In this document: positions 17,811 to 27,315 of the stretch, piece after piece | Position numbering within the stretch: the stretch's first letter is position 1 | How the letters are laid out: every line of letters begins with the position of its first letter | NCBI GenBank assembly: GCA_052033375.1 | Contig: JBPOJQ010000008.1 | Coordinates: 1,185 to 65,184 of the forward strand | Direction of reading: 5' to 3' | Length of the DNA stretch: 64,000 nt | From: Candidatus Magasanikiibacteriota bacterium | GTDB lineage: Bacteria; Patescibacteriota; Patescibacteriia; Magasanikbacterales; UBA922 | Position numbers and translations under genes: made by a program | Notes under the pieces: generated by a model | What the model was told of the DNA's origin: nothing | Seen by the model: only the letters and a program-made list of their open reading frames with translations | The model's database searches: none

Positions 17811-18269
17811 ATGACATATACCAAAATAGCTGCTTTCGCAGCACTACCAGTACTCGGACTCGGCATCTTCGGTGCAAGCCAGGTCGCATCCGCGCACGGA
17901 TTATTCAGAGGTGCATCGAGTGCGACTCCAGAAGAAATTGCCGCGCATCATACCGAGATGTTCGAACATCAATCAGAAATTCTCGGATTAAGTGTCGATG
18001 AAATCAAAGAAGCCTGGGCGGCGGGTAAGGGTATGAAAGAATTAATGGAAGAAAAAGGGATTGACGAAGAAGCTGTGCGTACAAAGATGAAAGCGGAGAT
18101 GGAATCACGTGTGAAAGAACATATGCAGACATTGGTAGAAAAAGGTGTGATTACTCAAGAACAAGCACGTACACGTCTCGAGACAATGAAAAATAATGAA
18201 GGGAAAATGGGAGATAGATTTGGAAAAGGCGGACATAGGCAGGGTATTCCATTCGAAGAAAGAATGTAG
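17811..18269 (+). CDS. Secreted helical protein, hypothetical
   Basis: Signal peptide (AAFAALPVLGLGIFGASQVASA), K/E-rich helical remainder. Confidence 0.4.
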   Translation: MTYTKIAAFAALPVLGLGIFGASQVASAHGLFRGASSATPEEIAAHHTEMFEHQSEILGLSVDEIKEAWAAGKGMKELMEEKGIDEEAVRTKMKAEMESRVKEHMQTLVEKGVITQEQARTRLETMKNNEGKMGDRFGKGGHRQGIPFEERM

Positions 18270-18371
18270 GAGATATATAAAAAACACCTCGACTGCACAT
18301 CGGGGTGTTTTTTGTATACATAGTATGCGCATATATTTTTCAAATCGAAAAAAATTTGCTATACTGAACTC

Positions 18372-19769
18372 ATGAAAAAAGTAAAGAAAGTGTTTTATTT
18401 TTTGCTACTTATTTTTCTCATATCGATTTGCCTTCCCGCAGGCAATTCTTATGGTGCAGAAGAAAAAAAAGAAAAAATAGCGGTATTTTTTTCTCCAGCA
18501 AATCAGACGGTTATTGAAGGATCGACATTTGTCGTTTCAGTATTTGTAAACACCCGCCAACGAAGTATTAACGCGATGGATTTGACAATACTTTTTCCTC
18601 CAGACAAAGTCACGATTGTAAAGCCGTCGACAGGGACATCATTGATTCAGCTCTGGGCTGAACCACCCTCATATTCCAATACCAAAGGTGTGGCGCGTCT
18701 ATCTGGGGTTATTCCGAATGGTGTCACGACTCAGAGTGGATTGATCACCGCGATCACTTTTCAGGCAATTGCAACCGGGGATGTTACGATCAATATTCTT
18801 CCAACTTCAAAAATTCTCGCAAATGATGGTCTGGGGACTGAGTTGCCCGTAGAATTTGGGCGAGGTAGGTATACGATTAGTCCAAAACCTCCCGAAGGGA
18901 CCAGAATCTATTCGTCGACGCATCCATTTGAAAGTCAGTGGTACAATAACAAAAATGTAATTATAAATTGGGAAAAAGATCCTGATATTACTAGTTTTAG
19001 TTTTATCATGGATAATGAACCATTGACGATACCAGATAATATTCCGGAGACCGATGCGTCAGGGACACAGATGTATTACGAAGACTTGAATGATGGACTC
19101 CATTATTTTCATATCAAAGCAAGCAAAGGCGACGTATGGGGGACACCGAGTCATTTTTTAGTTCGAATTGATACAATCCCTCCTGCAGGATTTCGTCCAA
19201 AAATTGATTTATTGAGTGCGGGAAATCAGACCAGAGGTCTGGTGAATTTCCTCACCACAGATTCTCTTTCCGGAATCGATCATTATGAAGTCGCTGTAAT
19301 CAATAAGGCCGAGTCGGCAGATATTTCTCCTGTATTTGTGAGGTCTGAAAATCCGTATCAATTGTCGAACCCGCCGTCGGATAAATTGCTGATTATTGTG
19401 CGTGCGATAGATGGAGCAGGGAATATACGTGATGAGTCAATTGATGTAAAACTGCCATTTGTCGTTGCCTCATTCTTGGACAAATATCTGCTATTCATTA
19501 TTATTGGCGTGCTTTCTTTCATTCTGTTGTTTGTATTTATTCACTATTTCTTTGGGCATCATGTAGCAAGACGTGTTCGCCAGGTAGTACATCTCATGAA
19601 TCATGAAGAAGAATTGCAGAAAATAGAAAAAGTGATACACCCCGAAAATCAGCCGGTACAGCCACCTGCACCACAACAACCTGTAGTGCCACCTCCTCCT
19701 GTGAGACCACTCCCTCCGACCAATGGAAATCCACCGAACAGGGAATTACCACCAGATGAATTTACCTAA
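18372..19769 (+). CDS. Surface-anchored protein with C-terminal TM helix and proline-rich tail
   Basis: Signal peptide, beta-rich extracellular region, C-terminal TM (LLFIIIGVLSFILLFVFIHYFF) and PVQPPAPQQPVVPPPPVRPLPP tail. Confidence 0.45.
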   Translation: MKKVKKVFYFLLLIFLISICLPAGNSYGAEEKKEKIAVFFSPANQTVIEGSTFVVSVFVNTRQRSINAMDLTILFPPDKVTIVKPSTGTSLIQLWAEPPSYSNTKGVARLSGVIPNGVTTQSGLITAITFQAIATGDVTINILPTSKILANDGLGTELPVEFGRGRYTISPKPPEGTRIYSSTHPFESQWYNNKNVIINWEKDPDITSFSFIMDNEPLTIPDNIPETDASGTQMYYEDLNDGLHYFHIKASKGDVWGTPSHFLVRIDTIPPAGFRPKIDLLSAGNQTRGLVNFLTTDSLSGIDHYEVAVINKAESADISPVFVRSENPYQLSNPPSDKLLIIVRAIDGAGNIRDESIDVKLPFVVASFLDKYLLFIIIGVLSFILLFVFIHYFFGHHVARRVRQVVHLMNHEEELQKIEKVIHPENQPVQPPAPQQPVVPPPPVRPLPPTNGNPPNRELPPDEFT

Positions 19770-19793
19770 ATGATGGACGTATTTTTGAATGAG

Positions 19794-20480
19794 TTATATT
19801 TCATAAATCACGTCTTTTCGTTCTACGACAGTCTTCCAACCGCGTTGTTTTGCTTTTGCAAATAATTCTTGACTTGGGTTGAAAACAATTGGATGTTCTA
19901 CGAGATTGAGAAATGCTATGCCTCCATTAGTATCTCCAATACCGATAGATCCTTCGAGACTGAGGCCGTGCTCAGTACAGAAATTAGTCAGAGTCTGATC
20001 TTTGATTTCATATGAAGGGAATACGACATCCCCGGTGTAGACTCCATTTTCTGAGCCGTAGATCGTGCCATATGATGTATCAAACTTCCAGTTTTCAGTG
20101 AATGCATCGACAATTTCTCGAGGTGACCCAGAGATTGCAACGAGGAGATATTCTGAACGTAATCGCTCGATCATATCACGGGTGTATACATACACGTGCT
20201 CCATTTTTTCAGCAACAATAAATCTGCTGACTTTTTGTATATCTTCGACTACTTTTCCTTTCAATCGGTTTTGGTACGAAACAATTAATGATTTTTCAAA
20301 GTCGCGATAATGTCCACGGCGGTTGATCCAGTCATCATGATATTCTTCAATTTCTTTCAATACAATTGCCGGGAATATGCCATACTCTACCAATCCTTTG
20401 AACAATTCAAAATGTAAGTTTGATCGAAAAATGGTTCCATCGATATCAAACACGGCAATCTTTTTTTTCATGGTATCCAT
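19794..20480 (-). CDS. HAD-superfamily hydrolase
   Basis: Motif I IAVFDIDGTIF, motif IV GIGDTNGGIAF. Confidence 0.75.
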   Translation of the reverse strand: MDTMKKKIAVFDIDGTIFRSNLHFELFKGLVEYGIFPAIVLKEIEEYHDDWINRRGHYRDFEKSLIVSYQNRLKGKVVEDIQKVSRFIVAEKMEHVYVYTRDMIERLRSEYLLVAISGSPREIVDAFTENWKFDTSYGTIYGSENGVYTGDVVFPSYEIKDQTLTNFCTEHGLSLEGSIGIGDTNGGIAFLNLVEHPIVFNPSQELFAKAKQRGWKTVVERKDVIYEI

Positions 20481-20644
20481 ACGTATATATAGGTATTACA
20501 TATTAAGTGAAGATGCTACAGTATAGCTCATCGTAGGGGTATAGGCAAGTGTAGTGTACGCGTACAACTATTCGATAATTGGGGGGGACACACTGTCGAG
20601 GCGTGGTGCCAGCGACAGTGTGTCTATGGGTACGTCATCGCGGA

Positions 20645-20971
20645 TCAGGCGTCGAGGTAGTGACCTCGGTGCGACTTCGGTTGACCACAGCGGATCTCAC
20701 CCTGCTTGGTCTCGATGTCGTATGTGCCTGTACACGGACGCTTATCGTCCGCGTGACCTCTGATCTCCCACCGCGTGCTACCTCCTTCTTCGCTCCACTT
20801 GAGACTGCCCACCCTCAGGTGAAGAGTGATCAGGTGACCCTGGTCGTCTTCACCGTAGAACGGTACAGTGTCTCCGAAGAACGAACGCGCATTCAGATAC
20901 GCGTGGGCGATGCACGGGCCGGACGGATTTCGAGGGTCACCCGTAATGCGTACAATCAGCTCTTTGGCCAT
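20645..20971 (-). CDS. Hypothetical protein in high-GC islet (B)
   Basis: 108-aa frame starting MAKELIV with AAGGAGAG SD upstream; GC-rich; 12-bp perfect hairpin at 20587-20624 downstream; upstream portion of the 232-aa ORF is low-GC and overlaps a sigma gene. Confidence 0.4.
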   Translation of the reverse strand: MAKELIVRITGDPRNPSGPCIAHAYLNARSFFGDTVPFYGEDDQGHLITLHLRVGSLKWSEEGGSTRWEIRGHADDKRPCTGTYDIETKQGEIRCGQPKSHRGHYLDA

Positions 20972-21157
20972 GCGGCCACTCTCTCCTTGGACGGCATTAT
21001 TGAAAGTCACCTGTTTCCTAAGTATGCCGTAAAACCTAGGGGGTAGTAGCGTAGCATGTTTGGTGATATGAGAAAATATGCCTGTGTGTATAAAAATAGA
21101 ATATGTTACTTTTTGTCTCGGTTGCCGTATACTATATACAGATTTTAATTTTATAGT

Positions 21158-21733
21158 ATGGCTATGGGTTTTTTTGAAGATAAGCTGGTACTGGCGCAAA
21201 AAGGTGACCGTGCTGCTTTTGGCGAAGTCTACGATGGATTTGTAAAGAAACTGTATGACTATGCTTTTTTTCGGGTAAAAAACAAACAATCTGCCGAAGA
21301 TATTGTCGCAGACACATTCATGAAAGCACTTGAGCATGTGCACTCATTTGATCCGAACAAAGGTTCTGTCGCTTCATGGCTGTACCGAATAGCGAGAAAC
21401 ACGTTGGTGGATCACTATCGAATAGGCAAGAAAACAACTGGATTTCCCGAAGATTTTGATGTGGTAGATACAACGGATTTGAAAACACATATAGAAAATA
21501 AAGACATGCTCAAAAAAGTGGAAATTGCATTGAAAAAATTATCAGAGCGCGAACGTGAAATTATTACACTGCGTGTATGGGACGAACTTTCGTACAAAGA
21601 AATTGCTGAGGTGCTGGGAAAAAGTGAAGCCAGTCTGAAAATGGCTGCCTCCCGAGCTTTGAAGTCGCTTCGAAAAGAGTTACCGTTGGGGGTATATCTA
21701 GGGATTCTCTTAGTGATGAGTAATAAGTTATAA
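21158..21733 (+). CDS. ECF-type RNA polymerase sigma-70 family factor
   Basis: Region 2 (IVADTFMKALEHVHSFDPNKGSVASWLYRIARNTLVDHYR) and region 4 (ITLRVWDELSYKEIAEVLGKSEASLKMAASRALKSL). Confidence 0.8.
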   Translation: MAMGFFEDKLVLAQKGDRAAFGEVYDGFVKKLYDYAFFRVKNKQSAEDIVADTFMKALEHVHSFDPNKGSVASWLYRIARNTLVDHYRIGKKTTGFPEDFDVVDTTDLKTHIENKDMLKKVEIALKKLSEREREIITLRVWDELSYKEIAEVLGKSEASLKMAASRALKSLRKELPLGVYLGILLVMSNKL

Positions 21734-21865
21734 GTAATAAGTAATAAGTGGCAAGTGAATACAATTTATTTTCTAACTTACAACTTATTTGTTACTGCCT
21801 ACTACTGATTACGTAGTACAAGTGTAAGGATATCCAATGTATTAATATAATGTACTAATCATAAT

Positions 21866-23392
21866 ATGGAAAAAAATATTCAATTCATTCTTGATGAGCT
21901 CTACCAGATTGATCCAGAGTTGAAAAATCATCAAGTAGAAATCGCACAAATAGTTGATACTATGATGAAAAACAAGCCACACACGCAATTCGATGAGAAT
22001 TTTGCCCGTGAACTGAAAACAAAAGTACTTGAAAAGTTTTCTCACGGGATTACGACAGAAAAAAAGCCGTTCTCATTTTTTAGATCAAAATTTGTCTATA
22101 CACTCAGTGGTGCGCTCGCAACACTTGCGATTGCACTGCCGATTGTGTATGTGACGTCAGGAAACATCTCGAATCAATGGGTAAAAAATAGTTTTACAGG
22201 TGGAACACAGGTCGTACGAGCTGAGGCAAATGCATTTGGTCCATTATCACCAGTGACAGCGAATGTGAATACTGCTGAAAGTGCGACTGATGTAGCGGCT
22301 CCGATGACAGCTGGTATGGGGGGTGATGCAGCTAAGATCAGCGGCACGTCTCTCTTGTATAATCCAGAATATATTAATTATCATTTTGTATTTAATGGAG
22401 AATTGCCCGAAGTGGGTGATAGTATCGAGGTATTGAAACGTGAATCAGGAATTGATGCTGCGAAACAATATGCAGGAATACTACAAAAAATAAAATTAGG
22501 TATTTTTGATCTGGGAAAAGTACAACAGGCACGAGTACAAAACTTTTCTCTTGCTGAAGACCGAGAACAGGGTTATATAATAAATGTGGATATGATTGGA
22601 GGAACAGTATCGATTTCAGAAAATTACTCTGCATGGGCGTGGCGTTCAGCGCGACCATTCATCGAATGTAGTGCCGATTCTTGTGTTGATCCGAATAGAA
22701 TTACGATTGATGAAGTGCCTGAAGATGCCGAATTATTGAAAGTTGCTGATGAATTTTTGAAAGAATATGGGATAGACATGAGCTCGTATGGCACGGGGAA
22801 GGTAGATACTCGTTGGAGAATTGGATATGAACGTGCAGAAGATAAGGATGCATTCTATATCTCAAATATACAGACTATCATATACCAGCTGATGATTGAC
22901 GACATGCCTGTCTATGAAGAATATGGTGAGCCGATGGGTATCCGAGTGAATGTCAATGCGACTGAGATGAGAGTAACCAATGTCGATGGAATTATGACAA
23001 AGAAATTTAGCGCATCTTCCTATGTCGGAGAGACTAATGATGCACGCCTTCGTGCGCTGATTGAAAAGGGGAGAATGGTCGCATATGATCAGCCTACTAA
23101 GACAGTAGAAGCAGAGTTAGAAAATGCAAAAAAAGGATATATGCGCCGGTGGCAATACAATGAGAGTAACGGAATTTCAAGTGAAATATTTGTTCCTGCA
23201 ATTGTGGTCGAGGTAAAAGATTTTGAACGATTGCAGGGCGAGGGACTGTGGCAGAGTAATATCGTCATTCCGCTTGCAAGTGAAATGTTGACCGAGCTTG
23301 AAAAGCAAGCAGAAGAACCTATACATATCATGCCATTTGATGCGACACTGAAAGACGCGGTGAGTGAGCCTGCGGTAGAGCCACGAGGCTAA
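21866..23392 (+). CDS. Single-pass membrane protein with large extracytoplasmic domain, candidate anti-sigma factor
   Basis: Directly downstream of ECF sigma gene; cytoplasmic N-terminus, one TM (LSGALATLAIALPIVYV), ~400-aa outside domain. Confidence 0.4.
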   Translation: MEKNIQFILDELYQIDPELKNHQVEIAQIVDTMMKNKPHTQFDENFARELKTKVLEKFSHGITTEKKPFSFFRSKFVYTLSGALATLAIALPIVYVTSGNISNQWVKNSFTGGTQVVRAEANAFGPLSPVTANVNTAESATDVAAPMTAGMGGDAAKISGTSLLYNPEYINYHFVFNGELPEVGDSIEVLKRESGIDAAKQYAGILQKIKLGIFDLGKVQQARVQNFSLAEDREQGYIINVDMIGGTVSISENYSAWAWRSARPFIECSADSCVDPNRITIDEVPEDAELLKVADEFLKEYGIDMSSYGTGKVDTRWRIGYERAEDKDAFYISNIQTIIYQLMIDDMPVYEEYGEPMGIRVNVNATEMRVTNVDGIMTKKFSASSYVGETNDARLRALIEKGRMVAYDQPTKTVEAELENAKKGYMRRWQYNESNGISSEIFVPAIVVEVKDFERLQGEGLWQSNIVIPLASEMLTELEKQAEEPIHIMPFDATLKDAVSEPAVEPRG

Positions 23393-23395
23393 GAA

Positions 23396-23437
23396 TAAAA
23401 ACATCCCGGTTTAAGTCGGGATGTTTTGTTTTTTTTA
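23396..23437. terminator. Bidirectional rho-independent terminator
   Basis: AAAACATCCCG-GTTTAAGT-CGGGATGTTTT flanked by A- and T-runs; between convergent genes. Confidence 0.75.
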
Positions 23438-24079
23438 TTCGGTAATTACACATGTTCCATTATTGTAGGCTTCGGTTAGTGGGTCATTTAGTTGATCTTC
23501 ACCATCTAAGGTTACGTTGCTTGAGCCGCTACTGCTCCCTTTAAATGTTGAAGTCACATTTTCGTTCTCAATATCAACTGTACCTTCAGCTTCAAACCCT
23601 ATGCCCGCTTCAATAGTAATTTCTTCTGCAGATAGTAATTTTTTATAATATTCAGCAATCACAACTCGAGTATTTTGATCATAGTTACATACCGCATGTT
23701 CATTGTATTTACTATTAGTTTCTTCTATCGTTTTACATTTGCCATTCACCATACCGACTATTTCTTTTTGGAATTTATACTCGGGGTTTAATAAAAATGG
23801 GTGTAAACATGTATACGGTGTGCAACTTTTTAATTTATCAGGAAATAAGTCGCAGTTAGAAGCTATGTTAGATTTAGGAGATACTTGTAGAGGTATTTCA
23901 GTTTTTTTAGTAGTTTCGGTACTGGTGGATAATAATGTTGAGGTAACATGCAAAGTTGTAGTAGTATTTTGCTGAATTTCAACTGGTGCCTGTTTTTTCG
24001 GTTCTTCAGTTCTGGTATTCGTGTTGCATGATGCACCTAGTAACAAAAAACATGTGCTAATTAAAATTTTTTTGTACAT
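23435..24079 (-). CDS. Secreted Cys-rich protein (putative lipoprotein)
   Basis: Signal peptide with LLGASC lipobox-like site, Thr-rich linker, 8 Cys in mature part. Confidence 0.45.
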   Translation of the reverse strand: MYKKILISTCFLLLGASCNTNTRTEEPKKQAPVEIQQNTTTTLHVTSTLLSTSTETTKKTEIPLQVSPKSNIASNCDLFPDKLKSCTPYTCLHPFLLNPEYKFQKEIVGMVNGKCKTIEETNSKYNEHAVCNYDQNTRVVIAEYYKKLLSAEEITIEAGIGFEAEGTVDIENENVTSTFKGSSSGSSNVTLDGEDQLNDPLTEAYNNGTCVITE

Positions 24080-24163
24080 ATATATTATACAAGAATATTT
24101 AGTAATTTCATTTACAAGTTGATACTACTCTTCGATATATGACACTGTCAAGTTAAACACATT

Positions 24164-24436
24164 GTGCATTTTCAAGTTTTAGTTTATCCTAGGTGTTATA
24201 TGCACCCAAATTTTTGGAAATATTTTGCGATTATCAGCGTTTCAGCTTGTATCCTTGTTATTGTTACATGGCTACTCTGGCCTTCTGGTTCGACTGGGTC
24301 AGAAACCAAAAATGAATTACGAACCGAAGAAATGGTTGAAGAAATTTTAAAAGCAGAAGAACCCATACATATCATGCCATTTGATGCGACACTGAAAGAC
24401 GCGGTGAGTGAGCCTGCGGTAGAGCCACGAGGCTAA
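24164..24436 (+). pseudogene. Chimeric gene fragment: capA-like 5' end fused to duplicated 3' end of gene 21866-23392
   Basis: N-terminal 35 aa (MHPNFWKYFAIISVS...) paralogous to CapA-like start at 25088; C-terminal 27 aa identical to the end of 21866-23392, with the same terminator. Confidence 0.55.
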
Positions 24437-24470
24437 GAATAAAAACATCCCGGTTTAGTCGGGATGTTTT
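24352..24470 (+). repeat. ~120-bp direct repeat copy of 23308-23430 (gene 3' end plus terminator)
   Basis: Near-identical apart from one substitution and a 1-nt indel in the terminator loop. Confidence 0.8.
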
Positions 24471-24541
24471 GTTATGTGAAATGTAGGGGCCGTCATGCGC
24501 GATATGGAAGTATATGCACGCATGACGGGAATTCAGCGGAC

Positions 24542-25024
24542 TCAGAGGAGTTCGAGAATCTTGGCGAACAGCGCCCGGAGATCGAACACGCCTTTGTCAT
24601 TGGTCATCGCGATCTCTGTCAAGCACTGGGTCGGCAGATCATGTGACCGACTGAATGCCGGGGTGTGGTTGTAGACGCCGGCGAAGGTGCGTGGAGGGTT
24701 CTCTTCGTCGAATTTCCGAGACATCATCGTCATACCCCCACCTCCACTCGTTTCCTGGATCAGGATGAAGGCGCAGGTCGAATCGAGCGGGATCATGCCG
24801 AGCACACGAAACGTCTGGTGAGTGTAGTCGCACACACGCCCGTCGTCATAGACGAAGCGTACAGTGAAGATCGGGTGAGTTCCACCTGTGTGCATGGAGT
24901 AGTACAGACTGGTGACGAGTTCGTCCCAGCCAGACCCTGTATTGATGATGAGTGTGAGCACGCGTTGCTCCTGTATGGCTTGTTGTGTCATTCGATTGGA
25001 GCACATGAGAGAATAGCACTCCAT
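24542..25024 (-). CDS. Hypothetical protein in high-GC islet (C)
   Basis: GC-rich segment with long ORFs on both strands; minus frame looks more protein-like; 10-bp hairpin at 24490-24528 downstream; no clear SD. Confidence 0.3.
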   Translation of the reverse strand: MECYSLMCSNRMTQQAIQEQRVLTLIINTGSGWDELVTSLYYSMHTGGTHPIFTVRFVYDDGRVCDYTHQTFRVLGMIPLDSTCAFILIQETSGGGGMTMMSRKFDEENPPRTFAGVYNHTPAFSRSHDLPTQCLTEIAMTNDKGVFDLRALFAKILELL

Positions 25025-25087
25025 TAGGAAAAGACTACCACACTTAGTGATTTTGTAAAGAAGATGAGTGTGTTATACTAAAATTCT

Positions 25088-26239
25088 ATGCATCCAAACT
25101 TTTGGAAATACTTCGCGATTTTAAGCGTTTCACTCACCGGCGTAGCGGTTATTATTGTTTGGTTGTTTTGGCCATCCAGCCCATCAGATTCTAGTAACAG
25201 CAGTCCACGTGTCAGTAAGACGACTATTGAAGAAAATAATGGCGATGTCGTGCCGATAGTCCCAGAAAAAGATAGATTGAAGATATTCGCAGCAGGGGAC
25301 ATCATGCTCGATCGCACCATGCTCCTCTTGGCACAAAAACATAACGATTTCGGATATTCATTTCGAATGATTTCCTCTACATTACGGCAAGCTGATCTTC
25401 GTGTAGTGAATCTCGAAGGACCTATAACCACAAATAAATCTATTTCAAATGGCGAAGGGGGTGCCCGATTTAGTTTTACGTTTTCACCAAAAGTCACCTC
25501 AACACTCAAAGAAAATTTTGACGTCGTGAGCCTTGCGAATAATCACACCACAAATTTCGGATTCGAAGGTCTAGAACAAACCAAAAAGTTTCTTGACGAA
25601 GCAGGAATAGAGTGGTTTGGTGATCCGAATAATCGAGCAGGGCAACAACTTTCGGTAATCGTGGAAAAAAATGGATTCAAGATTGGATTTGTGGGGCATC
25701 ATCAATTGATTGAAAGTGGATTTGAAAATGTGCTAGCAGAAGTGCAAAAAATTCGTCCCGAGGTAGATATCATTATTGCTTATCCGCATTGGGGAGTCGA
25801 GTATGTGACGACCACCCCCTCACTGCTCCAAGAAAAAGAAGCTCATGCATTGATAGATGCAGGAGTCGATATGGTCATTGGTGCACATCCGCATGTGATT
25901 CAGCCTGTGGAATTATATAAAGACCGGATAATTTTTTATAGCCTAGGAAATTTTGTGTTCGATCAATATTTTTCACTTGAAACCATGCAAGGATTGTTAC
26001 TTTCATTAGAATTAGAAAAAGATACTGAAAATATTGATACAAGAATTACTTTAATTCCTGTACATATCAGCAAAGAAAGTCAGCCCGCGGTGGCGGGAGC
26101 TGTTGAGAGGGAAGATATACTGTCATTAGTAGGGAGAGTGTCGATCGGGGATGAGGTATTCAGAGAATCGGTCAAAAATGGTGTCTTATCTGTGACTATA
26201 CCACATCAGAAAACAGAGACGATTATTCCTATGAAATAA
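25088..26239 (+). CDS. CapA/PGA_cap-family metallophosphoesterase (poly-gamma-glutamate capsule synthesis protein-like)
   Basis: N-terminal TM; motifs AAGDIMLDR, NLEGPIT, SLANNHTTNFG, AYPHWGVEY, GAHPHVIQ, GNFVFDQ. Confidence 0.75.
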   Translation: MHPNFWKYFAILSVSLTGVAVIIVWLFWPSSPSDSSNSSPRVSKTTIEENNGDVVPIVPEKDRLKIFAAGDIMLDRTMLLLAQKHNDFGYSFRMISSTLRQADLRVVNLEGPITTNKSISNGEGGARFSFTFSPKVTSTLKENFDVVSLANNHTTNFGFEGLEQTKKFLDEAGIEWFGDPNNRAGQQLSVIVEKNGFKIGFVGHHQLIESGFENVLAEVQKIRPEVDIIIAYPHWGVEYVTTTPSLLQEKEAHALIDAGVDMVIGAHPHVIQPVELYKDRIIFYSLGNFVFDQYFSLETMQGLLLSLELEKDTENIDTRITLIPVHISKESQPAVAGAVEREDILSLVGRVSIGDEVFRESVKNGVLSVTIPHQKTETIIPMK

Positions 26240-26305
26240 TATTGACACCTGAGAGGTAGTATCAGTATACTACTCAAATAATTTATTTTTTTATCATATA
26301 CCTAT

Positions 26306-26722
26306 ATGTACAGATTGAGTATTTTCGTCGGCGCGCTTCTCCTCCTCGGTGCAGGATGTTCGTCATATGTAGAGACAGACACACGCCCTGAATCTACCAC
26401 ATCGTATAGTGAGACAAAAGAAATCGCCCCAACAGAGGTGAATAGTACTGATACTAAAACACCTACTGATGCATCGACTGGTACTACCACCTTTACACTT
26501 GCAGATGTCGCAAAACATAATACAAAAGATGATTGCTATACTACAGTGCGTGGGTCGGTGTATGAAGTGACTTCCTGGATTTCGAAACATCCTGGAGGTG
26601 AGAAAGCCATAGTGTCTCTCTGTGGAAAAGATGGTACTGCAGTATTTGAAGGAAAGCATGGAGGACAGCCACGACCTGAGAATGAACTTAGTTCATTCAA
26701 GATAGGTACATTAGTGCAGTAA
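26306..26722 (+). CDS. Cytochrome b5-like heme-binding domain lipoprotein
   Basis: Lipobox LLLGAGCSS, Thr/Ser-rich linker, b5 fold with HPGG motif (FTLADVAKHNTKDDCYT...SKHPGGEKAI). Confidence 0.65.
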   Translation: MYRLSIFVGALLLLGAGCSSYVETDTRPESTTSYSETKEIAPTEVNSTDTKTPTDASTGTTTFTLADVAKHNTKDDCYTTVRGSVYEVTSWISKHPGGEKAIVSLCGKDGTAVFEGKHGGQPRPENELSSFKIGTLVQ

Positions 26723-26819
26723 GATTATATCGTAATAAAAGAAAAACACCGACAAATCGGTGCTTTTCTTTTGTACCCGCTAATGCTAGAATGAGCATAT
26801 TCAATTTTAAAATAATTCT

Positions 26820-27230
26820 ATGAGCTTTATCCAGGATTTCAAAAAATTTGCCATGCGAGGAAATATGATCGATATGGCTGTCGGTATTATTATTGGGGGT
26901 GCGTTTGGAAAAATTGTATCTTCGCTCGTGAATGATGTGATTATGCCTCCGCTCGGGTATATAATTGGCGGAGTAGATTTCAAGAATCTGAAAGTTGTAT
27001 TAAAACCAGAAGAAATTAATGCAGTGGGTGAGGTGGTGACACAAGCAGTGTCTTTCAATTACGGCATGTTTATTCAAAACGTGATTGATTTTTTGATTAT
27101 TGCCCTTGCGGTATTTATGATGGTAAAGATTGCAAATAAAATGGCAAAGAAAAAAGAACCAGAACCAGCGACTCCACCAAAACAAGAAATGCTACTAGAA
27201 GAAATTAGAGATCTATTGAAGAAACAGTAA
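26820..27230 (+). CDS. mscL: Large-conductance mechanosensitive channel
   Basis: MscL signature [33 protein letters not shown], second TM, charged C-terminal helix. Confidence 0.9.
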   Translation: MSFIQDFKKFAMRGNMIDMAVGIIIGGAFGKIVSSLVNDVIMPPLGYIIGGVDFKNLKVVLKPEEINAVGEVVTQAVSFNYGMFIQNVIDFLIIALAVFMMVKIANKMAKKKEPEPATPPKQEMLLEEIRDLLKKQ

Positions 27231-27315
27231 ATTTTCTAAATTAGCTGAGTTAAATTAGCAATTTTAGCATCTCAAGCCTTTTGAGCATCCTAAGCTTCTC
27301 TAGCCTGTATTAACT

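Noticed and set aside
20579-21046. Plus-strand 155-aa ORF across high-GC islet B and the 232-aa extension of the minus ORF to 21343
   Set aside because: The plus frame is Arg/Val-rich antisense to the SD-preceded minus gene. The minus-ORF extension runs into low-GC DNA overlapping the sigma-factor gene start and lacks an SD.
21722-21750. Short tandem TAATAAG repeats after the third sigma gene
   Set aside because: Only 2-3 imperfect units of AT-rich spacer. They are probably part of a terminator or promoter spacer and not a meaningful microsatellite.
24665-25027. Plus-strand 120-aa ORF in islet C; likewise minus-strand 63325-63837 in islet F
   Set aside because: Both are probably GC-driven open frames antisense to the more protein-like ORFs. 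They are retained only as alternatives in the findings.
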